A DNA stretch of 63,927 bases, counting the filler, from Welwitschia mirabilis (taxonomy: Eukaryota): assembly GCA_051453625.1 (NCBI GenBank). It is 8 parts of one record of this genome, joined end to end, with 100 filler letters (N's around TTAATTAATTAA, not from the genome) between each part and the next. Parts side by side here need not be neighbours in the genome. Positions count along the whole stretch, not along the records: positions 62,919 to 63,927 come from JBOZIK010000001.1; 7 more parts are not named here. One strand, 5' to 3'. Positions 62,819 to 63,927 of the stretch are shown one piece after another (the first letter of the stretch is position 1; the number at the start of each line of letters is the position of its first letter). The notes below the pieces were generated by a model that had not been told where the DNA came from, did no database searches, and was given only the letters and a program-made list of their open reading frames with translations. The position numbers and the translations under genes are program-made.

Positions 62819-63927
62819 NNNNNNNNNNNNNNNNNNNNNNNNNNNNNNNNNNNNNNNNNNNNTTAATTAATTAANNNNNNNNNNNNNNNNNNNNNNNNNN
62901 NNNNNNNNNNNNNNNNNNGATGAATGTAAAATCTTAACATACTTAAAGTTTAAAATTCTATCTTAACAATTGTTCCATCTAGTAAAGATAAATGATAATG
63001 ATATAAAATAGATATTTCATCTTTAAAGTAATAAGTTCCTCAAATATTTGATGAACCTATTACATTAAGGTGGAGATCCAAACTATAAATTAATTTTACT
63101 TTTGAATGCATGAAATTTTGAAAATGAGCAAGAAAAATAATTTTATAGCTTTTGATCTTTTTCATTTACTTTTATATGCATCACAAAATATAAAACTCTT
63201 AATCATCTCAAGGTTGATGTTCATTTGCATTAATTTTTTATTGTCATCTTATAAAAAATTAAAAACATTGTATAATATTAGATTGCATATCTGACATTCA
63301 TTAAATGGTTTGCTATTTTGCAAAATAAATGAAACTCCTTATAATATGTGGACTAGTTCTTAGAAATAATGTTACTAACCTTTCTCGTTATAGAATCTAA
63401 AAAAATAAGAAAAACATTTTCTCCATTAGCATTTCTTTTGTGCTTTAGTGTTCTTGACCAATAATAGGGAATTTCACAAGCATCCCATCATAGACCCAGG
63501 GCATTCTTCTAAGAGGGTCTTATGAGTACTTTTTAGTAACTCCATTAAGAGAAACGTCGATTATCTATTTTTTATGCTTCATTTTTGTGCTTTCTTCCAA
63601 TGCATTTTACATGAACTATGATCCTTCTCTTCCTTTTCTTATCAATATGATGATATTACTGAGATCATCACTGTTCATTCATATATGGCTGTAGAGACAC
63701 ACTATGCAATACTAACTTGAATTCTTTACTTTTCATTTGTAAAAATAGGATGGAGTGGAATGAAGTGTAGTTATAGTCGAGAATAAGGCCTCCATTAAGA
63801 AAAGGCCAACATCCTAGTTTAGTAATGATAATGCTTACACAAATAATGATGCTTTTATTGCTTTCATCTTTCTACATGATGCTCCTTCCTATCAATGCTA
63901 GTCATGCATATTTCTTCTTCTTTATGT

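Noticed and set aside
62919..63927. Possible hAT transposase remnant on the minus strand
   Set aside because: Resemblance too faint to support without a profile search.
1..63927. Prokaryotic systems (CRISPR, retron, defence operons), tRNA or rRNA genes
   Set aside because: No repeat-spacer array, operon or RNA gene seen; RT motifs are all LTR- or LINE-type and tRNA-like matches are only PBSs.

Overview
AT-rich eukaryotic DNA, most likely from a land plant, taken from a gappy draft assembly. Seven identical 100-bp spacers (44 N + TTAATTAATTAA + 44 N) split the window into eight independent scaffold pieces. I found no intact host gene. Almost everything is decayed, often nested retroelements. 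(1) A Tat/Ogre-type Ty3/gypsy element with tRNA-Asn PBS, gag, protease, RT, RNase H, a second archaeal-type RNase H, integrase, PPT and a small splice-acceptor-led 3' extra ORF present twice. (2) A Reina-like chromovirus end. (3) A 1.45-kb gag-only Copia mini-element (TR-GAG-like). (4) Several Athila-like elements, including two copies of one family in opposite orientations. (5) Three CRM-like pol remnants. (6) A Tork/Tnt1-like Copia element nested in a CRM RT. (7) An L1-type LINE ORF2. (8) Two TIR-bounded insertions, 61 bp and about 1 kb. (9) A CpG-rich, possibly F-box-derived island and a decayed coiled-coil ORF. The best candidates for something undescribed are accessory features of these elements: the spliced 3' ORF, the gag-only mini-element, the shared splice acceptors before gag, and the 61-bp micro-MITE. 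I see no evidence for a new multi-gene system. Lineage names come from motif recognition by eye and need database confirmation.
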